Shown: one piece after another, positions 45,970-54,495 of the stretch
Numbering within the stretch: the stretch's first letter is position 1
How the letters are laid out: each line of letters begins with the position of its first letter
DNA from: an uncultured delta proteobacterium
GTDB taxonomy: Bacteria > Desulfobacterota > RBG-13-43-22
Direction of reading: 5' to 3'
DNA length: 64,000 bases
NCBI GenBank assembly: GCA_963716045.1
Contig: CAVQSS010000009.1
Coordinates: forward strand, 128,852 to 192,851
The notes under the pieces: generated by a model
Databases searched by the model: none
What the model saw: the letters and a program-made list of their open reading frames with translations, nothing else
Told to the model about the DNA's origin: nothing
Position numbers and translations under genes: made by a program

Positions 45970-46946
45970 TACCGGTTCTGCAGCAAGGCCGCCGCCTGCT
46001 TGGCAAAATAAGTCAAGATCAGGTCGGCCCCGGCCCGGCGAATACCGATGAGCATTTCCAGCATCACTTTTTCTTCATCCAGCCAGCCCTGCGCGGCAGC
46101 GGCCTTGACCATGGCGTACTCGCCGCTCACGTTATAGGCGGCCACCGGCAGGTCAAATTCCTCCCGGATCTTGGCAATCACATCCAGGTAGGCCAGGGCC
46201 GGTTTGACCATCAGGATATCCGCCCCTTCCTCCATATCCAGGCTGGCCTCCCGAATCGCCTCCCGCACATTGGGGGGATCCATCTGATAGGATTTTCGGT
46301 CGCCGAACTGGGGGGCCGATTCGGCGGCCTCCCGGAAGGGTCCGTAAAAGGCCGAGGCGTATTTGGCGGAATAGGCCATGATGGGGATGTGCTCATAACC
46401 GTTCTCGTCCAAAGCCTGACGAATTTCGGCTACCCGGCCGTCCATCATATCGCTGGGGGCGACCATATCCGCCCCGGCCTTGACCTGGGAAAGGGCCGTC
46501 CGGGCCAGGAGTTCCAAGGTGGCGTCATTATCCACTTCTCCCTGGCGGATAAGTCCGCAATGGCCATGGCTCATGTACTCGCAGAGGCAGACGTCGCCGA
46601 TAACCAGCAGGTCCGGCACCTTATCTTTAAGGGTTTTAACCGCCCGTTGGATGATCCCTTCGGCGGCGTAGGCCCCGGAAGCCCGATCGTCTTTTTTATC
46701 GGGGATCCCGAACAGGATTATGGCCGGTATTCGGGCCGCCAGGACTTCCTGGGCCTCTTTGATCAACTCATCAACGGAGAGTTGAAATACTCCGGGCATG
46801 GAGACTATCGGACGCCGCACCCCTTTGCCCGGGACAACGAACAGTGGATAAATCAGGTTGTCCACCGACAAGGTGGTTTCTCGAATCATGCGGCGAAAGG
46901 ATTCGTTTTTTCGCAAACGCCGGGGGCGATAATCGGGGAAAAGCAT
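45969..46946 (-). CDS. hemB: Porphobilinogen synthase (delta-aminolevulinate dehydratase)
   Basis: 325 aa. Contains RPRRLR, the zinc-site sequence [14 protein letters not shown], and [11 protein letters not shown]...[15 protein letters not shown]. Confidence 0.95.
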   Translation of the reverse strand: MLFPDYRPRRLRKNESFRRMIRETTLSVDNLIYPLFVVPGKGVRRPIVSMPGVFQLSVDELIKEAQEVLAARIPAIILFGIPDKKDDRASGAYAAEGIIQRAVKTLKDKVPDLLVIGDVCLCEYMSHGHCGLIRQGEVDNDATLELLARTALSQVKAGADMVAPSDMMDGRVAEIRQALDENGYEHIPIMAYSAKYASAFYGPFREAAESAPQFGDRKSYQMDPPNVREAIREASLDMEEGADILMVKPALAYLDVIAKIREEFDLPVAAYNVSGEYAMVKAAAAQGWLDEEKVMLEMLIGIRRAGADLILTYFAKQAAALLQNR

Positions 46947-46967
46947 AATTCCTCCTGAAAAAACGAT

Positions 46968-47939
46968 TTACCAGAGGGTTACCTTGAGCCCATCCCGGGG
47001 AACGATGACCGGGACATCAAGCCCTTCGTTTCTGAATAGCCGGCCGGACACCTCCTGCCATTCCGCCTGGCAACCCGGAAGGGGATAGGGCAGGTCGGTC
47101 AGCGGGTCTCGCTTCGGTTTTCTGGCGGCCACTTTCTTCAGGGCATCATTGGCCGGGTCGCCGTCGATCGGGTAGGCCTCCGAAAGATGAACCAAATAAA
47201 CCGCCCTTCGGGGTTTCCATAATTTGACAAATTCGATCCCCCGCTCCAGGCTCATCTGATGAGGTCGGTTGATTACCGGCTCGTTAAGCCAATGGCATTG
47301 CAGGATTAAAATATCCGGGTCCTTTACCCGTGGTTCCTCTTTCGGCAAGTCAAAAAAGTCCGAAGTGTACACCACTTTATGATGGTTTCCGGATTCGGTT
47401 TCTTCCACGATATAACCGACTGACCCGGGGGCTGATTCCCCATGAAAGGTTTTAAAGGGGTAGACGTCCGTGGCCAGGCCCGCCAACCGTTCTCCCGGGT
47501 TGGCGATCCTCGGTTCCAGAAACGAGTCCAGCAAATACCCGAAGGTTTTTTTGATGGAAGTCCAGGAGGCCTTGGTGGCATAAGTCGGGATGGGCCGCCA
47601 TTTCTCCCTGGGAAGACGGCGACGGAAAGGCAGGAGGTCATCCAGTCCGAAGTAATGATCGGCATGTTCATGGCTGATGAGGATGGCATCCAATCGGTCT
47701 ATGGGCCGGTCAGCCAACTGCCGGCGTATATCCGGCCCGCAATCCAGGAGAAGGGTTTCCCGGCCCGAAAGCAAAAAGGCGCTGCGGGTCCGTTCTTCGT
47801 GAAGGGACCGCATCTTCTGACAAATCCGGCAGGGGCAGCCCAGTTCGGGCACCCCCCAAGCCGATCCCGTTCCTAAAAAAACCAAATCCAAAATCCACCT
47901 CCTGATTGAAACTGTATTATAATTTGGCCCCCTCGGCAA
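46968..47939 (-). CDS. MBL-fold metallo-hydrolase (PhnP/GPMB-like)
   Basis: 323 aa. Contains LVFLGTGSAWGVPELGCPCRIC and ILISHEHADHYFGLDDL. Confidence 0.8.
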   Translation of the reverse strand: MPRGPNYNTVSIRRWILDLVFLGTGSAWGVPELGCPCRICQKMRSLHEERTRSAFLLSGRETLLLDCGPDIRRQLADRPIDRLDAILISHEHADHYFGLDDLLPFRRRLPREKWRPIPTYATKASWTSIKKTFGYLLDSFLEPRIANPGERLAGLATDVYPFKTFHGESAPGSVGYIVEETESGNHHKVVYTSDFFDLPKEEPRVKDPDILILQCHWLNEPVINRPHQMSLERGIEFVKLWKPRRAVYLVHLSEAYPIDGDPANDALKKVAARKPKRDPLTDLPYPLPGCQAEWQEVSGRLFRNEGLDVPVIVPRDGLKVTLW

Positions 47940-48603
47940 CCTCTTTTAGCAACGCCAAGTCTCGAATGATGAAGGCATCCTTTTTAATCTCCAGAAGTCC
48001 CCGCTGTTTCATCTTGGCCAGTGTCCTGGAAAGGGTTTCCCCAATGGTCCCCAACCGGCTGGCCAACAGGTTTTTCTTGATTTCAAGCGGGATTTGGACC
48101 CCGTTAACCAAAGGGAAGTCGTTTTTGACGGCTTGATCCAGCAGATAACGGGCCAAACGGGAGGAGACCTCGTGGAGGGAAAGGTCTTCCACCTGCTGGG
48201 CCAGGTTCCGGAGCAGGAGGGAGAGGCCGGAAATCATATTCAGGGCCAATTGAGGATCCTGTCTGATCAGGTGAACGAAATCAGACTTTTTAAGATAATA
48301 CAATTGGCTGTCCTCCAGGGAATCGGCTGAGGCCGGATAGGTTTTTCCAGAAAAAACAGCCGCTTCTGCCAAGCTCTCTCCCGGCCCCACGATCCGCAGG
48401 ATATATTCCTTCCCCTGGGGAGACAAACGGTAAATTTTGATTCGTCCCCGCAGGACTAAATAAAAACCTTTAGCCTCCTCCCCCTGGATGAAGAGACTTT
48501 CCCCTTTCTTAATTTCCCGGCGGCCGGCGATTTCCTTGATCCGGAGCAACCCCGCGTCATCCAACCCACTGAAAAGGGGATTGATTTTTAATTGATCGGT
48601 CAT
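47917..48603 (-). CDS. Crp/Fnr-family transcriptional regulator
   Basis: 228 aa. cNMP-binding beta-roll (LFIQGEEAKGFYLVLRGRIKIYRLSPQGKEYIL) and a C-terminal HTH (SRLGTIGETLSRTLAKMKQRGLL). It has no N-terminal Cys cluster. Confidence 0.85.
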   Translation of the reverse strand: MTDQLKINPLFSGLDDAGLLRIKEIAGRREIKKGESLFIQGEEAKGFYLVLRGRIKIYRLSPQGKEYILRIVGPGESLAEAAVFSGKTYPASADSLEDSQLYYLKKSDFVHLIRQDPQLALNMISGLSLLLRNLAQQVEDLSLHEVSSRLARYLLDQAVKNDFPLVNGVQIPLEIKKNLLASRLGTIGETLSRTLAKMKQRGLLEIKKDAFIIRDLALLKEVAEGAKL

Positions 48604-48710
48604 GTGTTTCCCTTATTAATTAAGAACTAGAAATTGATTATTGATTATTGGCCAAAAGGAGCCCTCGATTTTATTTTCGTATTAACCCCCCAGGCCCTCC
48701 CCCGCCCCTA

Positions 48711-49439
48711 CTACGTCGAACAGGCCGGGCACTCCGGGTTTCGCTCGATCGGCACCTCGGAAAAGCGCATTTCCTGGCCATTATAAACCAGCAGCCTGCC
48801 GGTCAACAGCTTGCCCAGCCCCACGAGATACTTAATCGCCTCGTTGGCTTCAATCAGACCGATGATTCCGGGAGTGGTGCCCAGCACCGGGAATTTTTTA
48901 GGTTCAGGGGCTTGCGGGAACAGGCATCTCAGACAGGGGGTTTGGCCCGGCCAGATAAAGGTGGCCATTCCCATCATCCCCAGGATCCCCCCATAAACAA
49001 AGGGCAGGCCTTTTTTCTGGATAAACCGATTAATCAGATAGCGGGTCGGGAAATTGTCCAGCCCATCAATGACCAGGTCACATCCAGCCATCAGGTCGGA
49101 GAGGTTATCTTCCCGGATATCATCCTGAACAATCTCGATCGCCACCTCCGGGTTGAGCCTGGAGAGTTTCCCTTGGGCCGATTCCGCCTTATATCGGCCC
49201 AAGTCCTCTTCCCAATGAAGGATTTGACGATTTAAATTGCTCAGTTCTACCTGGTCTCGGTCAACCAGGCGTAATGACCCAATCCCGGCCGCCGCTAAAT
49301 AAATGGCCGCCGGGGAACCTAACCCGCCCACCCCGGCAATCAGCACGCGACTTTTTTTTAATTTTTCCTGCCCTTCTATCCCAAACCCCTGAATCATGAT
49401 CTGGCGGTCATACCGTTGGACTTCCCGATCACTTAACAT
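48711..49439 (-). CDS. ThiF/MoeB/HesA-family E1-like adenylyltransferase
   Basis: 242 aa. Contains RYDRQIMIQGFGIEGQEKLKKSRVLIAGVGGLGSPAAIYLAAAGIG..LVDRDQVELSNLNRQ and a CxxC pair (CLRC, CPAC). Confidence 0.85.
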   Translation of the reverse strand: MLSDREVQRYDRQIMIQGFGIEGQEKLKKSRVLIAGVGGLGSPAAIYLAAAGIGSLRLVDRDQVELSNLNRQILHWEEDLGRYKAESAQGKLSRLNPEVAIEIVQDDIREDNLSDLMAGCDLVIDGLDNFPTRYLINRFIQKKGLPFVYGGILGMMGMATFIWPGQTPCLRCLFPQAPEPKKFPVLGTTPGIIGLIEANEAIKYLVGLGKLLTGRLLVYNGQEMRFSEVPIERNPECPACST

Positions 49440-49566
49440 CGACGGCTCCTCTGATAATTTATTTAAATCATTGATGAAAAATTTAATCTTCTTTAAGAGG
49501 CCAGTCTATCACAATTATTTTGGGGGTCAACGCTTATTGGCCCGACGTTCTAATGGAAAAAAATAT

Positions 49567-49595
49567 TTGACCTTTATAAAAAAATGATTTAGTCT
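49567..49595 (+). promoter_or_regulatory. Possible sigma-70 promoter for the ferredoxin gene
   Basis: TTGACC-N17-TAGTCT about 100 nt upstream of the ATG. A strong AAGGAGGA RBS lies at 49683-49690. Confidence 0.3.
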
Positions 49596-49697
49596 CTCGA
49601 CGTTTATCGTTTGACCACCAGAATAAGGCCTTTATCAATCAAGACACCGTTCTTTGGTGAACAAACCAATTAAAAAAAAATCAAGGAGGAAACATCA

Positions 49698-49883
49698 ATG
49701 TTTCAGGTAACCGTGGACGCGGACAAATGCACTGGAGATTCCAATTGCGTTGATACTTGTCCGGTAGGGGTATTTGAATTGCAGGACAACAAGGCCGTTC
49801 CCGTTAATATGGATGAATGCCTGGGCTGCGAAAGTTGCGTGGAGGTTTGTGAAACCGCTGCAATCATTGTAAAAGAAGTCTAA
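49698..49883 (+). CDS. Small 4Fe-4S ferredoxin
   Basis: 61 aa. Cys motifs CTGDSNCVDTCP and CLGCESCVEVCE. Confidence 0.9.
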   Translation: MFQVTVDADKCTGDSNCVDTCPVGVFELQDNKAVPVNMDECLGCESCVEVCETAAIIVKEV

Positions 49884-49906
49884 CCCTATTTTTACGGTAG
49901 ATTTTT

Positions 49907-49943
49907 GGAAAGGCCCGGAATATCCCGGGCCTTTCCATTTTTT
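49907..49943 (+). terminator. Rho-independent terminator after the ferredoxin gene
   Basis: Perfect 12-bp stem GGAAAGGCCCGG / CCGGGCCTTTCC with a 6-nt loop, followed by ATTTTTT. Confidence 0.8.
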
Positions 49944-50024
49944 CAGGCGCCGGAAGGCGGCCATCACCAAAATCCGTCCTTCGTGATGGACTTTTTGCCC
50001 GTCCATCAATTGTGACGACCAACC

Positions 50025-51800
50025 ATGGACCAGACGGCCTTAACACCCCAACAAAGGGATGCGGTGACCCATCGCGGCGGCCCCTTAATGGTTTTGGCCG
50101 GCCCGGGGACGGGGAAAACCCGGACGTTAACCCATCGTTTGGCTTATTTGGTCCTGGAGCAGGGCCTTATCCCGAAAAACATTTTAGCCGTTACCTTTAC
50201 TAATCAGGCTGCGGAAGAAATGCGGACCCGAGTGGCGCAACTCCTTCCCCGGGATTCGGGCGCCGACCCTCCCTGGATAACCACTTTTCATGGTTTCTGC
50301 TACCGGTTCCTCCGGCAATCCTCTTTCCCCAACCATCGGTTATTGTCTGAAAACGAAGCCTTAGAGGTTTTGAAAAACTCCCTTCAGGACCGGCAGCAAA
50401 AATTCCCAGCAAAGCTGCTGAAAGAACTATCCCGGCGCATTTCTTTAGCCAAAGGGTCCCTGCTCACATCCGATATGGCGGATCATCTGCCGGGGTGGGA
50501 CGCCCTACCGGAGTGGCCTTTAGTTTATCGGGCATATCAGGAAAGGCTCTCCGATCAAAACTGTTGGGATTTCGATGACCTGATCCAACAAACGACCTTT
50601 CTTCTGAAAGAAAAGCCGGTTTTTCGAAAACAGTGGCAACTCCGCTATCCTCAGGTATTAGTTGATGAATTTCAGGACATCAATACCGCCCAGTACCGCC
50701 TCTTCCGCCTGCTGGCCGGTGACCAGGGTGAGTGGCTGGTGATCGGTGACCCGAATCAGGCCATTTATGGCTTCCGCGGGGCGGGGGCGAATTTTTTTAA
50801 TCTCCTGAGGGAGCAAGTCCCCCTGTTAACCGAAATTCATTTGGAAGACACCTTCCGGTTGAATCAAACGATCCTGAAAGCCTCCAGCCAGGTCATCTCC
50901 GCCTCTTCACGGGCCTTCCCTTACCGAATGAAGACCGCCAAAATAGGAGATCCGACCTTGCCTGTGGCGGGCCTGCCTTCGGCCGAGGAAGAAGCCCGTT
51001 ACCTGGCAGCGTTGATTGAACAGCGCCTGGGCGGTTTTTCTTTCCTTACCGCGGGATCCGCGGGGACCGAGGGACAACCGGTCAGCCTGGCCGACTTTGC
51101 CGTCCTATACCGGCTTCATGCCCAGGGGGAGATAATCGGCCGGGTCTTTGATGAAAAAGGCATTCCCTATAAGAAAGTTCAGGAAAGGCACTGGTCCGAT
51201 TGCCCTGAAGTTCGGCAGTTGTTTGTTCGATTGAAATCCCTGCTTCCTTTTCAGGGGACACCGCTGAAAGCGGTTGATCAAGTCATGGCCCTTCCGAATC
51301 GGGAACCGGACGTCCCCCATCGCCTGTCACCGGGAATCGAACCGAACCAACCCAGCGAGGCCCTCAAGAAACTTCGCTTGCTGGCCGCCACCTTCCAGGG
51401 CGGTCTGGAATCCTTCCTGGAGACCCTTTCCCTGCAGACCGGTTTGGATTCCTATGAACCGGATCAGGAAACTGTTAAACTCCTGACCCTCCACGCCGCC
51501 AAAGGATTGGAATTTCCCTTCGTCATCCTTTCCGGGTGCGAGGCCAACCTGTTGCCGCTTACCGTTTTTGGGGAAAGTGACCTGGAGGAAGAACGACGCC
51601 TTTTTTATGTCGGCCTGACCCGGGCCACCCAGAATATCTTTTTAACCTGGGCAAAAAAAAGACGCCTGCACGGACAGACGCTGTGGCAGTCGCCCTCCCC
51701 TTTCCTGGAAGACATCGAGGAAAGGCTGAAATCAAACGTCCCCCTTTCGGAAACCGTAAAGCCGGACCGCCCTCGCCGTCGCCAACTGTCATTGTTTTGA
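50025..51800 (+). CDS. UvrD/Rep/PcrA-family ATP-dependent DNA helicase
   Basis: 591 aa. Motifs: LNTPQQRDAV..LMVLAGPGTGKT, ILAVTFTNQAAEEM, VLVDEFQDIN, IYGFRGA, TLHAAKGLEFPFV, LFYVGLTRA. Confidence 0.9.
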   Translation: MDQTALTPQQRDAVTHRGGPLMVLAGPGTGKTRTLTHRLAYLVLEQGLIPKNILAVTFTNQAAEEMRTRVAQLLPRDSGADPPWITTFHGFCYRFLRQSSFPNHRLLSENEALEVLKNSLQDRQQKFPAKLLKELSRRISLAKGSLLTSDMADHLPGWDALPEWPLVYRAYQERLSDQNCWDFDDLIQQTTFLLKEKPVFRKQWQLRYPQVLVDEFQDINTAQYRLFRLLAGDQGEWLVIGDPNQAIYGFRGAGANFFNLLREQVPLLTEIHLEDTFRLNQTILKASSQVISASSRAFPYRMKTAKIGDPTLPVAGLPSAEEEARYLAALIEQRLGGFSFLTAGSAGTEGQPVSLADFAVLYRLHAQGEIIGRVFDEKGIPYKKVQERHWSDCPEVRQLFVRLKSLLPFQGTPLKAVDQVMALPNREPDVPHRLSPGIEPNQPSEALKKLRLLAATFQGGLESFLETLSLQTGLDSYEPDQETVKLLTLHAAKGLEFPFVILSGCEANLLPLTVFGESDLEEERRLFYVGLTRATQNIFLTWAKKRRLHGQTLWQSPSPFLEDIEERLKSNVPLSETVKPDRPRRRQLSLF

Positions 51801-51820
51801 AGGCGGCGAGGTTATCATTG

Positions 51821-52984
51821 ATGTCCGATCCTGAATATAACCGTCGGGAAATCTACAGTTGGGCTTCTTACGATTTTGCCAATTCCGCTTTTGCCACGAC
51901 GATCCTGGCGGTGATTTTCAACAAATATTTCGCCCTGAAAATCGCGCAGGGGGCCCAGGGGGTGGATTTCCTGGGGATGCATTTTCACGGGGCCGCTTTT
52001 TTCTTCATCTTAGCCAATATCGGCTTTGCCGCCGGAAATGTTTTTTATAACGCCTTTTTACCGGAGATCTGCCGGGAGGAACAATTGGGCTGGGTTTCCG
52101 GTTTAGGGTGGGCGGTAGGATACCTGGGCGGCGGACTGCTACTGTTAATCAACCTGATTATGCTCCAATTCCCTTTTCTGCTGGGCCTTCCCCGCGGCTA
52201 TTTTACCGTCCAGGATTGTTTTCTTTCTGCGGCCCTCTGGTGGCTGTTTTTTGCCCTCCCGACCATGATCTGGGTAAGAGAAAAGGCCTCCCTCCGGCAA
52301 CCGCTGCGATCCGGTCCAAGTCAAAACTATCTGGCTATCGGTATTCGACGCCTCTACGAAACCGGAAAACGAGTAGGCCAATTTCGGCAATTGGGGCGTT
52401 TTTTCCTGGCCTATCTCTGCTATAACGAGGGGGTGGAAACCGTGATCATCATGGCCTCGATTTTTGGGGCGGAGATCGTGGGCTTTAAGGACCAGGAACT
52501 GATCTTTTTCTTTCTTTTTATCCAGGCTACGGCTTTCGGGGGGGCATTGTTCTTTGGAAAACTGGCCGAGGCCTGGGGAAATAAGCAGACGATTATTCTG
52601 AGTTTAATGGTCTGGATGCTCATTACGGTCTGGGCCTTTTCCCTGGGGTTCTTCGGTTCCCTGAAAAACGAATTCTGGGCCCTGGGATTCCTGGCCGGTC
52701 TGGTTTTGGGCGGAAGTCAATCGGCCTCGCGGGCCCTGCAGGGACAGCTAACCCCACCCAAGGCCAGCGCCGAGTTCTTTGGTTTTTTTGGAGTGATCGG
52801 GAAGTTTTCAGCTATTTTCGGTCCCCTGATCTACGGGCTGACTATTCAGATCACCGGGAGCCTGCGCTGGGGGATTTTATCCATTGGAATCCTGTTCGTC
52901 ATCGGGTTCCTGCTACTCAAACGGGTGGATCTGACTGAAGGCCGGAAAGAGCGGGAACGGGCCGAGGGCGCCGGATTCCTATAA
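51821..52984 (+). CDS. MFS transporter, UMF1 / Atg22-like family
   Basis: 387 aa from the ATG at 51821. The N-terminus EIYSWASYDFANSAFATTILAVIF and the motif NVFYNAFLPEI are typical of this family. By eye I count only about 10 hydrophobic spans. Confidence 0.75.
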   Translation: MSDPEYNRREIYSWASYDFANSAFATTILAVIFNKYFALKIAQGAQGVDFLGMHFHGAAFFFILANIGFAAGNVFYNAFLPEICREEQLGWVSGLGWAVGYLGGGLLLLINLIMLQFPFLLGLPRGYFTVQDCFLSAALWWLFFALPTMIWVREKASLRQPLRSGPSQNYLAIGIRRLYETGKRVGQFRQLGRFFLAYLCYNEGVETVIIMASIFGAEIVGFKDQELIFFFLFIQATAFGGALFFGKLAEAWGNKQTIILSLMVWMLITVWAFSLGFFGSLKNEFWALGFLAGLVLGGSQSASRALQGQLTPPKASAEFFGFFGVIGKFSAIFGPLIYGLTIQITGSLRWGILSIGILFVIGFLLLKRVDLTEGRKERERAEGAGFL

Positions 52985-53033
52985 ACCGGCCCAGGAAAAC
53001 GAAAAAATCTTTTCCCGCATTCAATCCGGCCTC

Positions 53034-53076
53034 ACGAAAAAAAAACGGCCGGCAATGAAGCCGGCAGATGTTTTTG
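53034..53076. terminator. Bidirectional terminator between the convergent MFS (+) and ParE (-) genes
   Basis: GCCGGC-AATGAA-GCCGGC hairpin with an A10 run upstream and a T5 run downstream. Confidence 0.6.
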
Positions 53077-53100
53077 TTTAAATAGTCGCCGTCGTCAAGT

Positions 53101-53403
53101 TCAGTCATTCCCCGGTTCCGGCGTACTAAGCGCATCCATGGCCCCGTGGATAACAGCCAGAACGTCAATTTGGTCGTCTCTTATATGGTAAATAATCCTG
53201 TAGGGGCCTTCTATTATCTCTCGAATGGGATCGATGTCATACTCGGGTACCCGCCGCCCTGAAAAAGGAAACTTGGCAAGTTGCTGGGATCTTCTGGTCA
53301 GACGGTCAACAGTGCGCTTGGCATACTGGGGCGAATCCTGAGCGATGTAGGTGTAGATAGCGTCAAGATGAGATTCGGCTGAATCGGTCCAGTGGATCTT
53401 CAT
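53101..53403 (-). CDS. Type II toxin, RelE/ParE family
   Basis: 100 aa. The pattern IHWTDSAESHLDAIYTYIAQDSPQYAKRTVDRL...FPFSGRRVPEY...REIIEGPYRIIYHIRDDQIDVLAVIHG is classic ParE. An ATGA overlap links it to the upstream antitoxin frame. Confidence 0.85.
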   Translation of the reverse strand: MKIHWTDSAESHLDAIYTYIAQDSPQYAKRTVDRLTRRSQQLAKFPFSGRRVPEYDIDPIREIIEGPYRIIYHIRDDQIDVLAVIHGAMDALSTPEPGND

Positions 53404-53588
53404 TCCGGCAAACCATATTTTGCCCGGATCTCTTTCACATCCCTGGTCCGTCCTTCTTTGCTGTCGCCTAGACCCCGCTCAATCGCCTCGCGGACATAAA
53501 TTTCCCGCATGAGATCGTCCCAGGTTGCGTTCGCCGGCAATCGGTCGATCATCTTGTGGGCTTCGTTTTTTTCCATAAGTAGTGACAT
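53400..53588 (-). CDS. Putative antitoxin of the ParE toxin (short form, own RBS)
   Basis: 62 aa (MSLLMEKNEAHKMIDRLPANATWDDLMREIYVREAIERGLGDSKEGR...). A GGAGG RBS lies 7 nt upstream of the ATG at 53588. GC content matches the toxin gene. Confidence 0.7.
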   Translation of the reverse strand: MSLLMEKNEAHKMIDRLPANATWDDLMREIYVREAIERGLGDSKEGRTRDVKEIRAKYGLPE

Positions 53589-54041
53589 GGATTTTCCTCC
53601 ATAATGCAAGCTATCAAAATAGGGAAGCATTTCAAAACACTTTTCAATCGCCAGGAGAAAAGCATCTAATTTAAAAGGAAGCAGAAAGAAGAAATCAGAA
53701 GCTAATTTTGCTTTTGTTAGGAGAGATGAATAATCATCCAGTCGCCCGGATAAAACAATTACCGGTTTCCCATATTTCGATTTGATTTGATTGATTAGGT
53801 TCAAGGAATTTTGTAGACGGTCTTGAACGGGTAGGTCAGGAATAAATCTAATATTGTTTAGTACCAGTATAAAAATGTCGATCTCTATTTTTTCTGCATT
53901 TTCAATCAATTCTTCGCCATAAAAATATATTCCAATTTCATGGTCAAATTTATTCCTTGATGCTTCTTTAATCAATGCAGATATTATGTCTGTCAACGGA
54001 TCCTGGGAACAGCCTATTAATATCCTTAATTTATTTCTCAT
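53400..54041 (-). CDS. Long ORF: degenerate receiver (REC)-like domain reading in frame into the antitoxin
   Basis: 213 aa with no stop codon between the AT-rich N-terminal 150 aa and the antitoxin. The N-terminal part shows RILIG.., DIFILVLNNI, KPVIVLSG and DFFFLLPFKLDAF, a CheY-like alternating beta/alpha pattern that lacks the acceptor Asp and the Lys. Confidence 0.5.
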   Translation of the reverse strand: MRNKLRILIGCSQDPLTDIISALIKEASRNKFDHEIGIYFYGEELIENAEKIEIDIFILVLNNIRFIPDLPVQDRLQNSLNLINQIKSKYGKPVIVLSGRLDDYSSLLTKAKLASDFFFLLPFKLDAFLLAIEKCFEMLPYFDSLHYGGKSMSLLMEKNEAHKMIDRLPANATWDDLMREIYVREAIERGLGDSKEGRTRDVKEIRAKYGLPE

Positions 54042-54065
54042 TGGCCCGAGATTTGTCTTTTTCGT

Positions 54066-54359
54066 TTATTCATTACCTAACACCATGGTTGACGGTCCCA
54101 CGACCTGATCAAGCTGACAATAAGTGACGTTTCTCTGCCCGTTTTCAATACGCTGTTTCAATAAATTAAAGATTCTTGGATTACAACGTTCCCAACTATT
54201 ATCTTTAAGGTATGTTAAATCATGGCCGTGTTTTTGGTTACCGTGGTGATCATCGGTAAGGTACCAATTGATCCCAAGGGACCTATAATCGGCAGCCAGA
54301 ACATCCAATAGGCCATATTTTATATAATCCTTTTTATCGCCGTAATATCGATTTTTCAT
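54066..54359 (-). CDS. Hypothetical protein in the AT-rich islet
   Basis: 97 aa (MKNRYYGDKKDYIKYGLLDVLAADYRSLGINWYLTDDHHGNQKHG...). The DNA composition is AT-rich. No family recognised. It may be a truncated remnant. Confidence 0.4.
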   Translation of the reverse strand: MKNRYYGDKKDYIKYGLLDVLAADYRSLGINWYLTDDHHGNQKHGHDLTYLKDNSWERCNPRIFNLLKQRIENGQRNVTYCQLDQVVGPSTMVLGNE

Positions 54360-54405
54360 TTCTTACCTACCGCTGGAAAATCATAGGTGTCCTTGTAGTA
54401 TCTCC

Positions 54406-54432
54406 GTTGGGTTTCGCTTTGCTCTACCCAAC
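54406..54432. repeat. Perfect 7-bp hairpin GTTGGGT-N13-ACCCAAC at the islet boundary
   Basis: Read directly from the sequence. It is followed by a TCGAAATTCG direct repeat at 54458-54467 and 54472-54481. Confidence 0.5.
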
Positions 54433-54495
54433 CTACAGCACTACGTTTCAAAAACCATCGAAATTCGGCGTTCGAAATTCGTTTGCTTCTTCCCA

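Noticed and set aside
49440-49697. An FNR/CRP box (TTGAT-N4-ATCAA) upstream of the ferredoxin gene and near the Crp/Fnr gene
   Set aside because: The candidate strings (TTGATGAAAAATTT, TTATCAATCAAG, TTGATTATTGATTA at 48640) do not form the required palindrome.
54406-54432. The hairpin as an integron attC site (arms match GTTRRRY / RYYYAAC)
   Set aside because: The arm order is inverted relative to attC (R'' RYYYAAC should be 5-prime of R' GTTRRRY). The element is only 27 nt long, no L-box or extrahelical-base architecture is visible, and no intI gene or cassette array is present in the window.
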